52,905 bases of DNA from an uncultured Mycoplasmatota bacterium (GCA_946530475.1 CAMNAC010000001.1:1-52905); one strand, 5' to 3'. Positions 9,616 to 19,461 are shown, numbered from the stretch's first letter. Notes: a model not told the origin generated them from the letters alone. Program-made: numbers and translations.

Positions 9616-11573
9616 TATTTTTCTCCCTTTAATTCAAATAACACATCCCTAAGTTCCATAGCTCTTTCAAAATCCAAATTCTTAGCTGCTTCTCTCATTG
9701 CTTCTTCAATATTTAAAATTGTAAGTTCTCTTTCTTTCTTTGACATCTTAACAGGTTTTGATTCTTCTTTATCTGCTACATTACTAATTAATTCATGAAT
9801 TTCTTTTTGGATAGTTTTTGGAACAATTCCATGTTTTTGATTGTATGCTTCTTGAATTTTTCTTCTTCTTTCTGTTTCTTTTATCGCAACTGCCATAGAA
9901 TCACTAATGATATCTGCATACATTAATACTCTACCATTTTGATTTCTTGCAGCTCTTCCAATTGTTTGGATTAAACTTCTTTCACTTCTTAAGAATCCTT
10001 GTTTATCCGCATCCATAATTGCGATTAAACTAACTTCTGGAATATCAATTCCTTCCCTAAGTAAGTTAATTCCTACTACCACGTCATACTTACCAATTCT
10101 TAAGTCACGAATGATACGTAATCTTTCTAATGTTTTAATTTCATTATGTAAATAAGCAACTTTGATATCTAAATTCTTTAAATATGTCGTTAATTCTTCT
10201 GCCATACGTATTGTTAGTGTGGTAATCAGTGTTCTTTCATTTTTATCAATTTGCTTATGAATTTCTCCAATCAGATGATCAATTTGTCCTTTTGTTTCAT
10301 GAATTTCAATCGGTGGATCTAAAAGTCCAGTTGGACGAATAATCTGTTCAATTACTTGATGATTGGTTTTTTCTAATTCATAATCTCCAGGAGTAGCAGA
10401 TACATAAATGGCTTGTTTAATCTTTGCTTCAAATTCTGGAAATTTTAAAGGTCTATTATCCAAAGCACTTGGTAATCGAAACCCATATTCCACTAATACT
10501 TCTTTTCTAGCGCGGTCTCCATTATACATTCCTCTTACCTGTGGAATTGTAACATGAGATTCATCTACTACGAGTAAAAAATCATCTCCAAAAAAATCAA
10601 TTAACGTTGTAGGAGTAGCTCCAGGTTCTTTTAAAGCAAGTGGGCGAGAGTAGTTTTCAACTCCTCTACAAAAACCTGTTTCTTCAAGCATTTCCATATC
10701 ATAATTGGTTCTTTCCATTAATCTTTGGTATTCCAATAATTTGTTATTCTCTTTAAAATAAGCAAGTCTTTCTTCCAATTCTTTTCTGATATTCGCAACT
10801 GCTATTTTTAATTTATCTTCACTGGTAACAAAGTGAGAAGCAGGGAAGAGAGACACTGATTTTTTATTTGCTAAAATCGTACCTGTCAAAGTATCAAATT
10901 CACTGATACGATCAATTTCATCTCCAAAGAATTCTACTCTGATTCCTTTTCCATGCTGGTTAGCAGGAATGACTTCTAATACATCTCCTCTTACTCGAAA
11001 AGTTCCTCTTTTAAAGTCAATGTCATTTCTTTCATATAACATTTCTGTTAATTTCGTTAAAACTTCATTTCTTTCAATCACATCTCCCAAAGATAAAGTT
11101 AACATTTTGTTTTTATATTCTTCAATTTCTCCAATACCATAAATACAAGAAACAGAAGCCACTACGATAACATCTTTATATCTTAAAAGTGAAGAAGTAG
11201 CAGAATGTCTTAATTCATCTATTTCATCATTGATAGAGGCATCTTTTTCAATATAGGTATCTGTTTTAGCAACATAGGCTTCTGGTTGATAATAATCATA
11301 GTAAGAAACAAAATATTCTACATGATTATTAGGAAATAATTCTTTAAATTCCGCATAAAGTTGGCCTGCTAATGTCTTATTATGGGCTAAAACAAGAGTC
11401 GGTTTATTGACTCTTTGAATCACATTTGCGATAGTAAAAGTTTTTCCACTTCCAGTAACCCCTAATAATACTTGGGCATCTTTTCCTTCTTGAATTCCTT
11501 TCACTAGGCTATCAATTGCTTCTGGTTGATCTCCAGAAGGTTTATATTTTGATACTAATTCAAACTTTTCCAT
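9615..11573 (-). CDS. uvrB: Excinuclease ABC subunit B
   Basis: [17 protein letters not shown], the Walker A motif [10 protein letters not shown], the DESH box and the C-terminal UVR domain are all present. Confidence 0.97.
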   Translation of the reverse strand: MEKFELVSKYKPSGDQPEAIDSLVKGIQEGKDAQVLLGVTGSGKTFTIANVIQRVNKPTLVLAHNKTLAGQLYAEFKELFPNNHVEYFVSYYDYYQPEAYVAKTDTYIEKDASINDEIDELRHSATSSLLRYKDVIVVASVSCIYGIGEIEEYKNKMLTLSLGDVIERNEVLTKLTEMLYERNDIDFKRGTFRVRGDVLEVIPANQHGKGIRVEFFGDEIDRISEFDTLTGTILANKKSVSLFPASHFVTSEDKLKIAVANIRKELEERLAYFKENNKLLEYQRLMERTNYDMEMLEETGFCRGVENYSRPLALKEPGATPTTLIDFFGDDFLLVVDESHVTIPQVRGMYNGDRARKEVLVEYGFRLPSALDNRPLKFPEFEAKIKQAIYVSATPGDYELEKTNHQVIEQIIRPTGLLDPPIEIHETKGQIDHLIGEIHKQIDKNERTLITTLTIRMAEELTTYLKNLDIKVAYLHNEIKTLERLRIIRDLRIGKYDVVVGINLLREGIDIPEVSLIAIMDADKQGFLRSERSLIQTIGRAARNQNGRVLMYADIISDSMAVAIKETERRRKIQEAYNQKHGIVPKTIQKEIHELISNVADKEESKPVKMSKKERELTILNIEEAMREAAKNLDFERAMELRDVLFELKGEK

Positions 11574-11633
11574 AACTGCCTCCTAACTGGATTTTATTTT
11601 ATCATTTTTAGTAAGAAAATACAACGAAACTTC

Positions 11634-11662
11634 CTTGACAGTGCAATTGCCATATCGTATAA
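11634..11662 (+). promoter_or_regulatory. Consensus sigma-A type promoter (TTGACA-17 nt-TATAAT)
   Basis: TTGACA lies at 11634-11639 and TATAAT at 11657-11662, separated by an exact 17-nt spacer. The promoter sits 22 nt upstream of the 11685 ORF. Confidence 0.6.
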
Positions 11663-11684
11663 TTTAAATGAGAGTAGGGATTCT

Positions 11685-12629
11685 ATGAAACAATATGAAA
11701 AAGCAAAAAAAGAATACTTTAGTAAGATTGATTATATCAAAAAGCATGTTTCCGATAAAGAAGAACAAGCAAAACAATTAGAACTAGAAAAAAAGAAATA
11801 TCAGAATGTATTAAAAATGAATCTATCATCAGCTATTCAAGTAATTAATAAGGCCTTCAATTGTCAATATAAAACTACAAAAATTAAGGAAGAATTAAAT
11901 ATTAATTTTGAAAAAAAGAACATGCCTGTATCAAAAACAAAAGAAGAATTAGTTGCTGATATGAACTATTTTCAGTCACAACTAAACACAGTCAATCTTA
12001 TAAATAAAAAAGAAGTTGAACTAGCCATTGATATTATTTCTAATTATTATGGATTAGACTTAAATATGAAAACAAATATACAGGCAAATATCCAGATGGT
12101 TCAAGAAGAAAAACAAGAAACAGAAAAAGAACAAGTAGAAACTTCTAAGAAAGAAGAAAGAATAATTGTGATTGATCCTAAAAAACTGAAAAGGCAAGAA
12201 AGAAGACTAACTGCTTTTTATGTTTTGGCACCTCTTGTAATGCCTTTCATAACCATGCTTTTACGCTATACAGTAGGAAAATCTCTTATTTTTAAACACG
12301 ACAGTGAAATGACAACTGTAGTAAAAAATGGTACCTATCATACATTAATTACAATCTATATTATAATTCATATCCTTTATGCAATCATTCATTTCGCAAA
12401 TATGGATAAAATGAAAAAAAATCGTGATTATATTCACTGTTCCTTCATCTTTGTAATAACTTTTTTAATCTGCTACATTATGATTCTTCAAAATGATTTA
12501 ATCACATTGCTTTTACCTATTATAGTTATTTTTCCTTCCCTAATTTTAATGATTCTTTTTGCAAAAATAGGGAAGGAAGAAGAAAAAGAAATGCGAGAAA
12601 AGGAAGAAAAATTAAGTCAAAACTCGTAA
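11685..12629 (+). CDS. Hypothetical protein: N-terminal coiled-coil/charged half, C-terminal polytopic membrane half
   Basis: I recognise no family motif. Residues 1-170 are Lys/Glu-rich and several hydrophobic helices follow. The gene has a strong promoter and its own terminator (12627-12650). Confidence 0.5.
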   Translation: MKQYEKAKKEYFSKIDYIKKHVSDKEEQAKQLELEKKKYQNVLKMNLSSAIQVINKAFNCQYKTTKIKEELNINFEKKNMPVSKTKEELVADMNYFQSQLNTVNLINKKEVELAIDIISNYYGLDLNMKTNIQANIQMVQEEKQETEKEQVETSKKEERIIVIDPKKLKRQERRLTAFYVLAPLVMPFITMLLRYTVGKSLIFKHDSEMTTVVKNGTYHTLITIYIIIHILYAIIHFANMDKMKKNRDYIHCSFIFVITFLICYIMILQNDLITLLLPIIVIFPSLILMILFAKIGKEEEKEMREKEEKLSQNS

Positions 12630-12650
12630 AAATGCCAATGTGCATTTTTT
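12627..12650 (+). terminator. Rho-independent terminator
   Basis: The stem AAAATGC / GCATTTT with loop CAATGT is followed by a T-run. Confidence 0.6.
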
Positions 12651-12653
12651 ATT

Positions 12654-12680
12654 TTAGCACTTTCATCTTGACAGTGCTAA
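12654..12680. promoter_or_regulatory. CIRCE-like operator (HrcA binding site) overlapping the htpG promoter
   Basis: The sequence TTAGCACTT-N9-CAGTGCTAA compares with the CIRCE consensus TTAGCACTC-N9-GAGTGCTAA. The -35 TTGACA (12668-12673) lies inside the element and the -10 TACAAT is at 12691-12696. Confidence 0.7.
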
Positions 12681-12722
12681 AAATGTGAGGTACAATGTCT
12701 TTGTTAAGAAAGAAGGATACAA

Positions 12723-14588
12723 ATGAAAAAGAAACAATTTAAAGCAGAATCAAAAAAATTATTAGATTTAATGATTCATTCTATTTATACCAATAAAGAA
12801 ATCTCAATCAGAGAATTAATATCCAATGCAAGTGATGCACTAGATAAAGCTTATTTTAATAGTTTAACAAAGAAAGAGATGAAAATTAAAAAAGAGGATT
12901 TAAAAATTCAAATCTTCTTAGATAAAGATAAGAAAACCATTACCATTAAAGATAATGGTTGCGGTATGAATAAAGAAGAATTAGAAAACAATTTAGGTAC
13001 GATTGCTGAATCAGGTTCTTCCTTATTTAAAAGCCAAAACCAAGATGAAAATATCTCCATTATTGGTCAATTTGGAGTAGGATTCTATAGTGCTTTCATG
13101 ATCGCAAATAAAGTAACTGTTAAAAGTAAACCATATGGTTCAAAAGAAGCTTATCTTTGGGAATCAGAAGGAAATGACGGTTATATTATTGAAGAATGCA
13201 AGAAAAAAGATTATGGTACTGAAATCATTTTAACCATGAAAGAAGATGAAGAAGATGAAGTTTACAGTGATTACTTAGAAGAATACAAAATACGTTCTAT
13301 TATTAAAAAGTATTCCAACTATATTAAATATCCAATTGAAATGGAAGTAACCAAAAAAGAATTAAAAGAAGGTTCTAAAGAGGAATATGAAGAAAAAACA
13401 GAAATGGAAACCTTAAACTCTATGATTCCAATTTGGAAAAAGAAGAAAAGTGAAGTAACAGATGAAGAATATGATAACTTCTATACTTCTACTTTCTATG
13501 ATTATGAAAAACCTTTTCAAGTAATTGATTCTCATGTAGAAGGTCTTACAGAATATGATGCGCTTTTATTTATACCAAGCCATTCACCATTTGATTTATA
13601 CACCAAAGATTATAAAAAGGGATTACAGCTTTATTCCAATGGAGTATTAATTCAAGAACACTGTGAAGAATTACTTCCAGATCATTATTCCTTTGTAAAA
13701 GGAATTGTAGATTCAAAGGATCTCCCTTTAAATATTTCAAGAGAAACCTTACAACAAAATAAAATAATTGAAAGAATTGCTTCTAATGTTGAAAAGAAAA
13801 TTACTTCAGAATTAAAAAAATTACTTGAAAATGATAGAGAAAAATATGAAACTTTCTATCGTAACTTTGGACTTGCATTAAAACTTGGTATCTATCAAAG
13901 TTATGGGATGAAAAAAGACGCTTTACAAGATTTATTATTGTTCACTAGTTCAAAAACTATGAAGTTTAAAACGTTAAATGAATATGAATATTTAGATAAA
14001 CAAGATAAAATCTATTATGTAGTAGGGGAAACAAACGATAAAATTAATTTAATGCCTCAAGTAGAAGCAATGAAAGAAAAAGGATATGATATTCTATATC
14101 TAACAGATGATATTGATGAATTTGTTATGAATATGATGCATGAATATAATGGCAAACACTTTGAAAACATTTTAAGTTCTAAATTAGATATCGAAACGGA
14201 AGAAGAAAAGAAAGAACTTGAAAAAATAAACGAAGAGAAAAAGAACTTGATTTCTACTATGAAAGAAACCTTAAAAAATGTTGTAAAAGATGTAAAATTT
14301 ACTACTTCCTTAAGTAACCATCCAGTATGTTTAGCATCAGAAGGACAAATTAGTGCTGGAATGGAAAAAGTATTAAATACACTACCTAATGGAGAAAAAG
14401 TAAAAGCTGAAGAGGTACTTATGATTAATGCAAAACATCCTATTGTTAAAAAATTAGAGGGATTAAAGAAGGAAGAACTTGAAAAATATGCGAAAGTATT
14501 ATATAACCAAGCTCGTTTAATTGAAGGGTTATCTTTAGATAATCCAAGTGAAATTACTGATATTATCTGTGAATTATTAGCAAAATAA
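12723..14588 (+). CDS. htpG: Molecular chaperone HtpG (Hsp90)
   Basis: The N-terminal GHKL ATPase motifs are present: FKAESKKLLDLMIHSIYTNKEISIRELISNASDALDK and GQFGVGFYSAF. Confidence 0.95.
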   Translation: MKKKQFKAESKKLLDLMIHSIYTNKEISIRELISNASDALDKAYFNSLTKKEMKIKKEDLKIQIFLDKDKKTITIKDNGCGMNKEELENNLGTIAESGSSLFKSQNQDENISIIGQFGVGFYSAFMIANKVTVKSKPYGSKEAYLWESEGNDGYIIEECKKKDYGTEIILTMKEDEEDEVYSDYLEEYKIRSIIKKYSNYIKYPIEMEVTKKELKEGSKEEYEEKTEMETLNSMIPIWKKKKSEVTDEEYDNFYTSTFYDYEKPFQVIDSHVEGLTEYDALLFIPSHSPFDLYTKDYKKGLQLYSNGVLIQEHCEELLPDHYSFVKGIVDSKDLPLNISRETLQQNKIIERIASNVEKKITSELKKLLENDREKYETFYRNFGLALKLGIYQSYGMKKDALQDLLLFTSSKTMKFKTLNEYEYLDKQDKIYYVVGETNDKINLMPQVEAMKEKGYDILYLTDDIDEFVMNMMHEYNGKHFENILSSKLDIETEEEKKELEKINEEKKNLISTMKETLKNVVKDVKFTTSLSNHPVCLASEGQISAGMEKVLNTLPNGEKVKAEEVLMINAKHPIVKKLEGLKKEELEKYAKVLYNQARLIEGLSLDNPSEITDIICELLAK

Positions 14589-14607
14589 AAAAGCCATTTG
14601 GCTTTTT
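14588..14607. terminator. Bidirectional terminator between the convergent htpG and noc-like genes
   Basis: The stem AAAAGCC / GGCTTTT is flanked by an A-run and a T-run. Confidence 0.6.
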
Positions 14608-16198
14608 ATTTTTTTGTTACTTTGAAAATTACTTGATACATATTTTCTAAATCAAATTCATCTGTATCTACTTCATAACCTAACTGTTTTAAGTTTTCTG
14701 CACAAGCTCTAATTGCATCAAGTGCTTGTGTCATATTATTTGTTTGAGGAGCAGTATTAGGCACTGCTACAGTTGGTTCTGGAATCGAAGCTTCCATAGT
14801 TGGTTGTGAAACTGGTGCTGGTTCATTATCTAAATTTTCTAGAAAACTATAATCTGGTGTAGTTACAGGTCCAGTTGGCATTTGAGGTTGTGGTGCTTGT
14901 GGAAGTGATAAATCCAAATCCAATGGTTGCTCTGGTTCTTCTACAACTGCTTCTGTTGGCACTGTTGGTGCAGCAGGTGTTCCAACAACTGGTTCTGTAG
15001 GTACTGCTGGTGTCACAGGTTCTGATACAACTGGTGCAGCTGGAGTTACATCTGGCAATGAACTAATTGGCGCTGGTTCCAATACAGGAGCTTCTTGAAC
15101 TGGAGCTGGAGCAATTGGTTGCGCATTAAACCCATCTGCAACTGGAGAAGGCTCTAAATTTGGAATTTGTGGTTTTTCAGCTACATTTAATACATCAAAG
15201 AATTTTCCAGGAGTTACTTCAGGTGCTGCTGGTTGTGGTTGTGCTTCCACTGGAGCAGGTGCTGGAGCAATTCCGGATGGATTTAATAAATTGTTCACAT
15301 CTACAGAAGGTTTTGGCTCAAAAATATTGGTTGCATTTTGTTCAATTTGATTAATATCCATAAAACCAGGATTTACACTTGGTTCTTCATGTACCTCATC
15401 AATAATTGGAGATACTGGGATATTTACATTTTGATCATTCATTTTTGGTTCCTCCTTTTCATCTAAATCTAATACTTCTAATGGTTCTGAAACTTCTGGA
15501 ATAATAGGTGTTGCTTCTTTTACTTCAGGCATTACGGAAACTGGTTCAGGTACCTTATTTTCAACAGGTTTCTCTTCTATTGTCTCTTTATTTGTTCCAT
15601 TTAGTATTTTATTAATTTCTTCATCCGTTTTTCTTACTGTTAAACGTTTTTCTATAATCTTCTTCAATAATTCTCTTTGATCTTTTTGACTTAATTTTAA
15701 TAAAGAACGAGCATGTCTTTCTGATATTTTTTCATTTAACAAGGCTTCTTGTACATCATCATCTAGATTTAGCAAGCGAAGTTTATTTGCAACTGTAGAT
15801 TGATCTTTCCCTAATTTATCAGCCAATTGATTTTGGGTTAAATAGCCCATATCTAATATTTTCTTATAAGATACTGCTTCTTCAATTGGAGTTAAATCTT
15901 GTCTTTGTACGTTTTCAATCAATGCAATTTCTGCGCTATCTTTATCATCTAAGTTTGCAACTAATGCAGGTATTGTCTTCATACCAGCTAACACACTTGC
16001 TTTATAACGACGTTCTCCTGCTATAATTTCATATTTGTCTGCAATTGGTCTTACGACAATTGGTTGAATAACTCCATGTTCTTTAATAGATTCTGACAAC
16101 TCATTAATTGCATCTTCATCAAAACGAATTCTTGGTTGAAAACGGTTAGGTAAGATATCATCTAAATTTAATTCAATTACTTTTTTTTCTTCTTTCAT
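14606..16198 (-). CDS. noc: ParB/Noc family protein with a Noc-type HTH, a long Pro/Ala/Val-rich insertion and a Noc-like C-terminal domain (530 aa)
   Basis: The N-terminal domain contains LPNRFQPRIRF...HGVIQPIVVR...AGERRYKA (the GERR CTP-binding box). The HTH reads LTQNQLADKLGKDQSTVANKLRLLNL...ISERHARSL, close to B. subtilis Noc (GKGQSTIANKLRLLKLP...ITERHARAL) as I recall it. The C-terminus ALDAIRACAENLKQLGYEVDTDEFDLENMYQVIFKVTKK resembles the Noc C-terminal domain. The gene lies directly downstream of rsmG, the canonical noc position. Confidence 0.8.
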   Translation of the reverse strand: MKEEKKVIELNLDDILPNRFQPRIRFDEDAINELSESIKEHGVIQPIVVRPIADKYEIIAGERRYKASVLAGMKTIPALVANLDDKDSAEIALIENVQRQDLTPIEEAVSYKKILDMGYLTQNQLADKLGKDQSTVANKLRLLNLDDDVQEALLNEKISERHARSLLKLSQKDQRELLKKIIEKRLTVRKTDEEINKILNGTNKETIEEKPVENKVPEPVSVMPEVKEATPIIPEVSEPLEVLDLDEKEEPKMNDQNVNIPVSPIIDEVHEEPSVNPGFMDINQIEQNATNIFEPKPSVDVNNLLNPSGIAPAPAPVEAQPQPAAPEVTPGKFFDVLNVAEKPQIPNLEPSPVADGFNAQPIAPAPVQEAPVLEPAPISSLPDVTPAAPVVSEPVTPAVPTEPVVGTPAAPTVPTEAVVEEPEQPLDLDLSLPQAPQPQMPTGPVTTPDYSFLENLDNEPAPVSQPTMEASIPEPTVAVPNTAPQTNNMTQALDAIRACAENLKQLGYEVDTDEFDLENMYQVIFKVTKK

Positions 16199-16296
16199 TG
16201 TACTTCCCTTCCTATTCTTAAAATAATCATACTATATTTTGGGAAATAAAACAATGATTTTTTGGGAAATAATTATATTTTTTATTTTTTTATTTT

Positions 16297-16324
16297 AAAA
16301 AGCCTTTATTATAAAGGCTTTTTC
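16297..16324 (-). terminator. Terminator hairpin overlapping the rsmG stop codon
   Basis: The stem AAAGCCTTTAT / ATAAAGGCTTT is followed by a T-run on the minus strand. It separates rsmG from the noc-like gene. Confidence 0.55.
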
Positions 16325-17013
16325 TTAATTTCTGAATATTTTCTAGGATACTTTAAAGATGTTTTTTCTTGTTTTTTTATCACTAAAATGGTTCTGTTAG
16401 ATTGTTCTTTTGGTAGCAAAAAAGAAATTTCTTTTTCTAAATATCCATGAAGAATTTCCATCGCTTTTTTGCTTTCTTCTAATTCTTGGGAAATATTTCC
16501 TTTTAAAGGAATAAAATACTTATTAATCTTAACTAATGGCATACAGTATTCCATTAATATAGAGAGTGGGGCAACAGCCCTTGCGGTTACCACATCGAAA
16601 GATTCCCTATGCTCTTTCGCAAAGTCTTCAGCTCTAGCATGATAGGTTTTTATTTTTTTTAATTCTAGTTTTTGAATGACTTCATCTAAAAATGTAATTC
16701 TTTTTTGTAAAGAATCAACTAATGATATCTGCATATCTGGAAATAAAATCTTTAATACAATTCCAGGGAAACCAGCACCTGTTCCTACATCACATAGTGT
16801 TGTTACTTCATGAAAATCAATTGCTTTTAGAATTGTCGCACTATCATAAAAATGTTTTAAATAAACTTGACTTTCTTCTGTAATTCCAGTTAAATTCATT
16901 TTTTGGTTCCATTCCACTAATAATTCATAATACATATGAAATTGTTTTCTTTGAAGTTCTGACAATTCAATTCCAAGTATACTCAATTCTTTTATAAATT
17001 CATGTTCTGTCAT
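16309..17013 (-). CDS. rsmG: 16S rRNA (guanine527-N7)-methyltransferase RsmG (GidB)
   Basis: The SAM-binding motif [15 protein letters not shown] is present. The mnmG-rsmG synteny holds, with a 4-nt overlap with mnmG. Confidence 0.93.
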   Translation of the reverse strand: MTEHEFIKELSILGIELSELQRKQFHMYYELLVEWNQKMNLTGITEESQVYLKHFYDSATILKAIDFHEVTTLCDVGTGAGFPGIVLKILFPDMQISLVDSLQKRITFLDEVIQKLELKKIKTYHARAEDFAKEHRESFDVVTARAVAPLSILMEYCMPLVKINKYFIPLKGNISQELEESKKAMEILHGYLEKEISFLLPKEQSNRTILVIKKQEKTSLKYPRKYSEIKKKPL

Positions 17014-18872
17014 TTTGATACCTTCTTTAAATAAAACATCAAAATAGAAATGTCTGCAGGATTTACGCCTGATATTCTTATTGCTTGTCCAATAGAAGTA
17101 GGGTGTACTTCTTTTAATTTTTGTTTTGCCTCACTTGCTAAATTATGAATCTGATCAAAATCAATATTTTCTGGAATCTTCTTTTCTTCTAATTCTAACA
17201 TTTTAGCAGCTTCTTTATTTGCTTTTTTAATATATCCTTCATATTTATCTTGAATTTCTACTTGTTCTTTTACTTCATCTAAATAATCAAGTTTTATAAA
17301 GTGTTCAATATGTTCCATATGAATTTCTGGTCTTTTTAATAATTCATATAATGTCATTCCATCTTTAATTAATGAAGTTCCTATTTGTTCTAAATAATCT
17401 AGCGTAGATTTAATTGGGGTAATTTTATTATCTTTTAATACTTGTTTTAACTCTTCAATTTGTTTTTTCTTTTCCAATAATCTTTGATACCTTTTTTCAT
17501 CAATTAATCCTACTTTATAGCCATATTCTCTTAGTCTTAAGTCTGCATTATCATGTCTTAATAATAAACGGTATTCTGCTCTTGATGTAAGTAGACGGTA
17601 AGGATCTCTTACTCCTTTTGTGATAAGATCATCTATTAGGACTCCGATATATGATTCATTTCTTTTTAAAATCAAAGGTTCTTTCTTTTCAAGAGATAAA
17701 GCTGCATTGATTCCAGCAATTAACCCTTGTCCAGCTGCTTCCTCATAACCACTTGTTCCATTGATTTGACCTGCTAAAAATAAACCTTTTATTTTTTTTG
17801 TTTCCAAAGAGTTTTTTAATTCTGTTGGATAGACTGCGTCATATTCAATCGCATAGGCATATTTTAGTATTTTTGCATGCTCTAAACCTGGTAAACTATG
17901 AACCATTTGATCTTGTACATCATGTGGCATACTAGTGGAAAAACCTTGTAAATAAATATCATTATAATAAAGGCTCTCTGGTTCTAAAAATAATTGATGT
18001 CTTTCTTTATCTGCAAATCTTACAATTTTATCTTCGATGGAAGGACAATATCTTGGTCCTACACCAGTAACATCTGATAATCCACCATACATACTTGCTT
18101 TATTTAAATTATCTCTTATTATTTTATGAGTTTCTGGTGTTGTATAAATTAAATGACATGGAACTTGATCTTCTATTTTGTACCTTGGAGGATAATCAAA
18201 ACTAAAAGTTCTATAAACAGAATCACCTTTTTCAATTGAAGTTTTACTATAATCAATAGAATCTTTATCAATTCTTTGTGGGGTTCCCGTTTTTAAACGA
18301 ATAATCTGAAGACCTAATTCCTTTAGATGGTCACTTAAATGCATACTTGGTCTTTCTCCATGTGGTCCCTGTCTTTTTCTCTCACTTCCAACCATAATAT
18401 CTGCTTTTAAATAAGTTCCAGTTGTTAAAATCACACGTGAACCAAATATTTTTGTTCCATCTTCTAAAACGATTCCTTTTACTGTTTGATCTTCTACTAT
18501 TAAATTTTCTACCATACCTTCTTGAATAGTTAAATTTTTTTGATTCTTTAACGTTTTTAACATTTCTTTTGGATATGTTATTTTATCTGCTTGTGCACGA
18601 AGGGCTTGAACTGCTGGTCCTTTTTTATAATTTAACATTTTTATTTGGATGTGGGATTTATCCGCGTTATTTCCCATTTCTCCACCTAGTGCATCAATTT
18701 CTCTTACTACAATACCTTTCGCACTTCCTCCAATAGAAGGATTACAAGGCATGTCTGCTATATTCTTTATATTTCCCGTGATTAGTAGGGTAGAATGTCC
18801 TTTTCTAGCACATGCTAAAGATGCTTCACAACCTGCATGACCACCACCTACTACAATGATTTCATAATTCAT
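17010..18872 (-). CDS. mnmG: tRNA uridine 5-carboxymethylaminomethyl modification enzyme MnmG (GidA)
   Basis: The FAD-binding N-terminus is [15 protein letters not shown]. The track ORF starts at a GTG (18887); the ATG at 18872 ([11 protein letters not shown]) is preferred. Confidence 0.95.
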   Translation of the reverse strand: MNYEIIVVGGGHAGCEASLACARKGHSTLLITGNIKNIADMPCNPSIGGSAKGIVVREIDALGGEMGNNADKSHIQIKMLNYKKGPAVQALRAQADKITYPKEMLKTLKNQKNLTIQEGMVENLIVEDQTVKGIVLEDGTKIFGSRVILTTGTYLKADIMVGSERKRQGPHGERPSMHLSDHLKELGLQIIRLKTGTPQRIDKDSIDYSKTSIEKGDSVYRTFSFDYPPRYKIEDQVPCHLIYTTPETHKIIRDNLNKASMYGGLSDVTGVGPRYCPSIEDKIVRFADKERHQLFLEPESLYYNDIYLQGFSTSMPHDVQDQMVHSLPGLEHAKILKYAYAIEYDAVYPTELKNSLETKKIKGLFLAGQINGTSGYEEAAGQGLIAGINAALSLEKKEPLILKRNESYIGVLIDDLITKGVRDPYRLLTSRAEYRLLLRHDNADLRLREYGYKVGLIDEKRYQRLLEKKKQIEELKQVLKDNKITPIKSTLDYLEQIGTSLIKDGMTLYELLKRPEIHMEHIEHFIKLDYLDEVKEQVEIQDKYEGYIKKANKEAAKMLELEEKKIPENIDFDQIHNLASEAKQKLKEVHPTSIGQAIRISGVNPADISILMFYLKKVSK

Positions 18873-18987
18873 ATATCCACCACCCACTTAAACGAAATTA
18901 TTATACTATCTTTTTTTTTTAATGACAACAAAATTCGGGAAATAATTTCATAGAATGCGATATAATATAGTTATAAAGGAGAAGATT

Positions 18988-19461
18988 ATGGAAAGAATTA
19001 ATACATTTAGTGTTGAAATCATTCAAAATCGTGAAAATAAAGAATTATCTTATGGTGGATCTTATTACGGACCAATTGGCAAATTTGTAGGTTCTGTGAT
19101 GGATTCTAATCAGGATACGTTTTTAATATTTAAAAATTCAGATGATCAATATTTTATGATGCAAGCTGTAATTGATATGACTGTTATATTATCAAAAAAT
19201 GGTCCTTTTGTTTATGAAACAATCATAGTAAATGAACAGAAAGAAGAAGTGAAAAAAGAACTTTTATTCAGTCTATTGGAAAATGGTACAATTGATATTT
19301 CTTTAGGACTTAAGCAACATAACAATACAGTTTTTGTTGCAAAAGAAGAAGTTTTTTGTATGTTAAATGATCTTAAAAAACAATATCCAAATGATTCTTT
19401 AAACACTTGTTTAAAACTTCTAGATACAGAAAAAAAATTAGTCAAAAAACAAAAAGCCTAA
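18988..19461 (+). CDS. Hypothetical protein (157 aa from the preferred ATG)
   Basis: The track ORF starts at 18955. The ATG at 18988 follows an AAGGAG RBS. No motif is recognised. A terminator at 19451-19472 overlaps the stop. Confidence 0.5.
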   Translation: MERINTFSVEIIQNRENKELSYGGSYYGPIGKFVGSVMDSNQDTFLIFKNSDDQYFMMQAVIDMTVILSKNGPFVYETIIVNEQKEEVKKELLFSLLENGTIDISLGLKQHNNTVFVAKEEVFCMLNDLKKQYPNDSLNTCLKLLDTEKKLVKKQKA

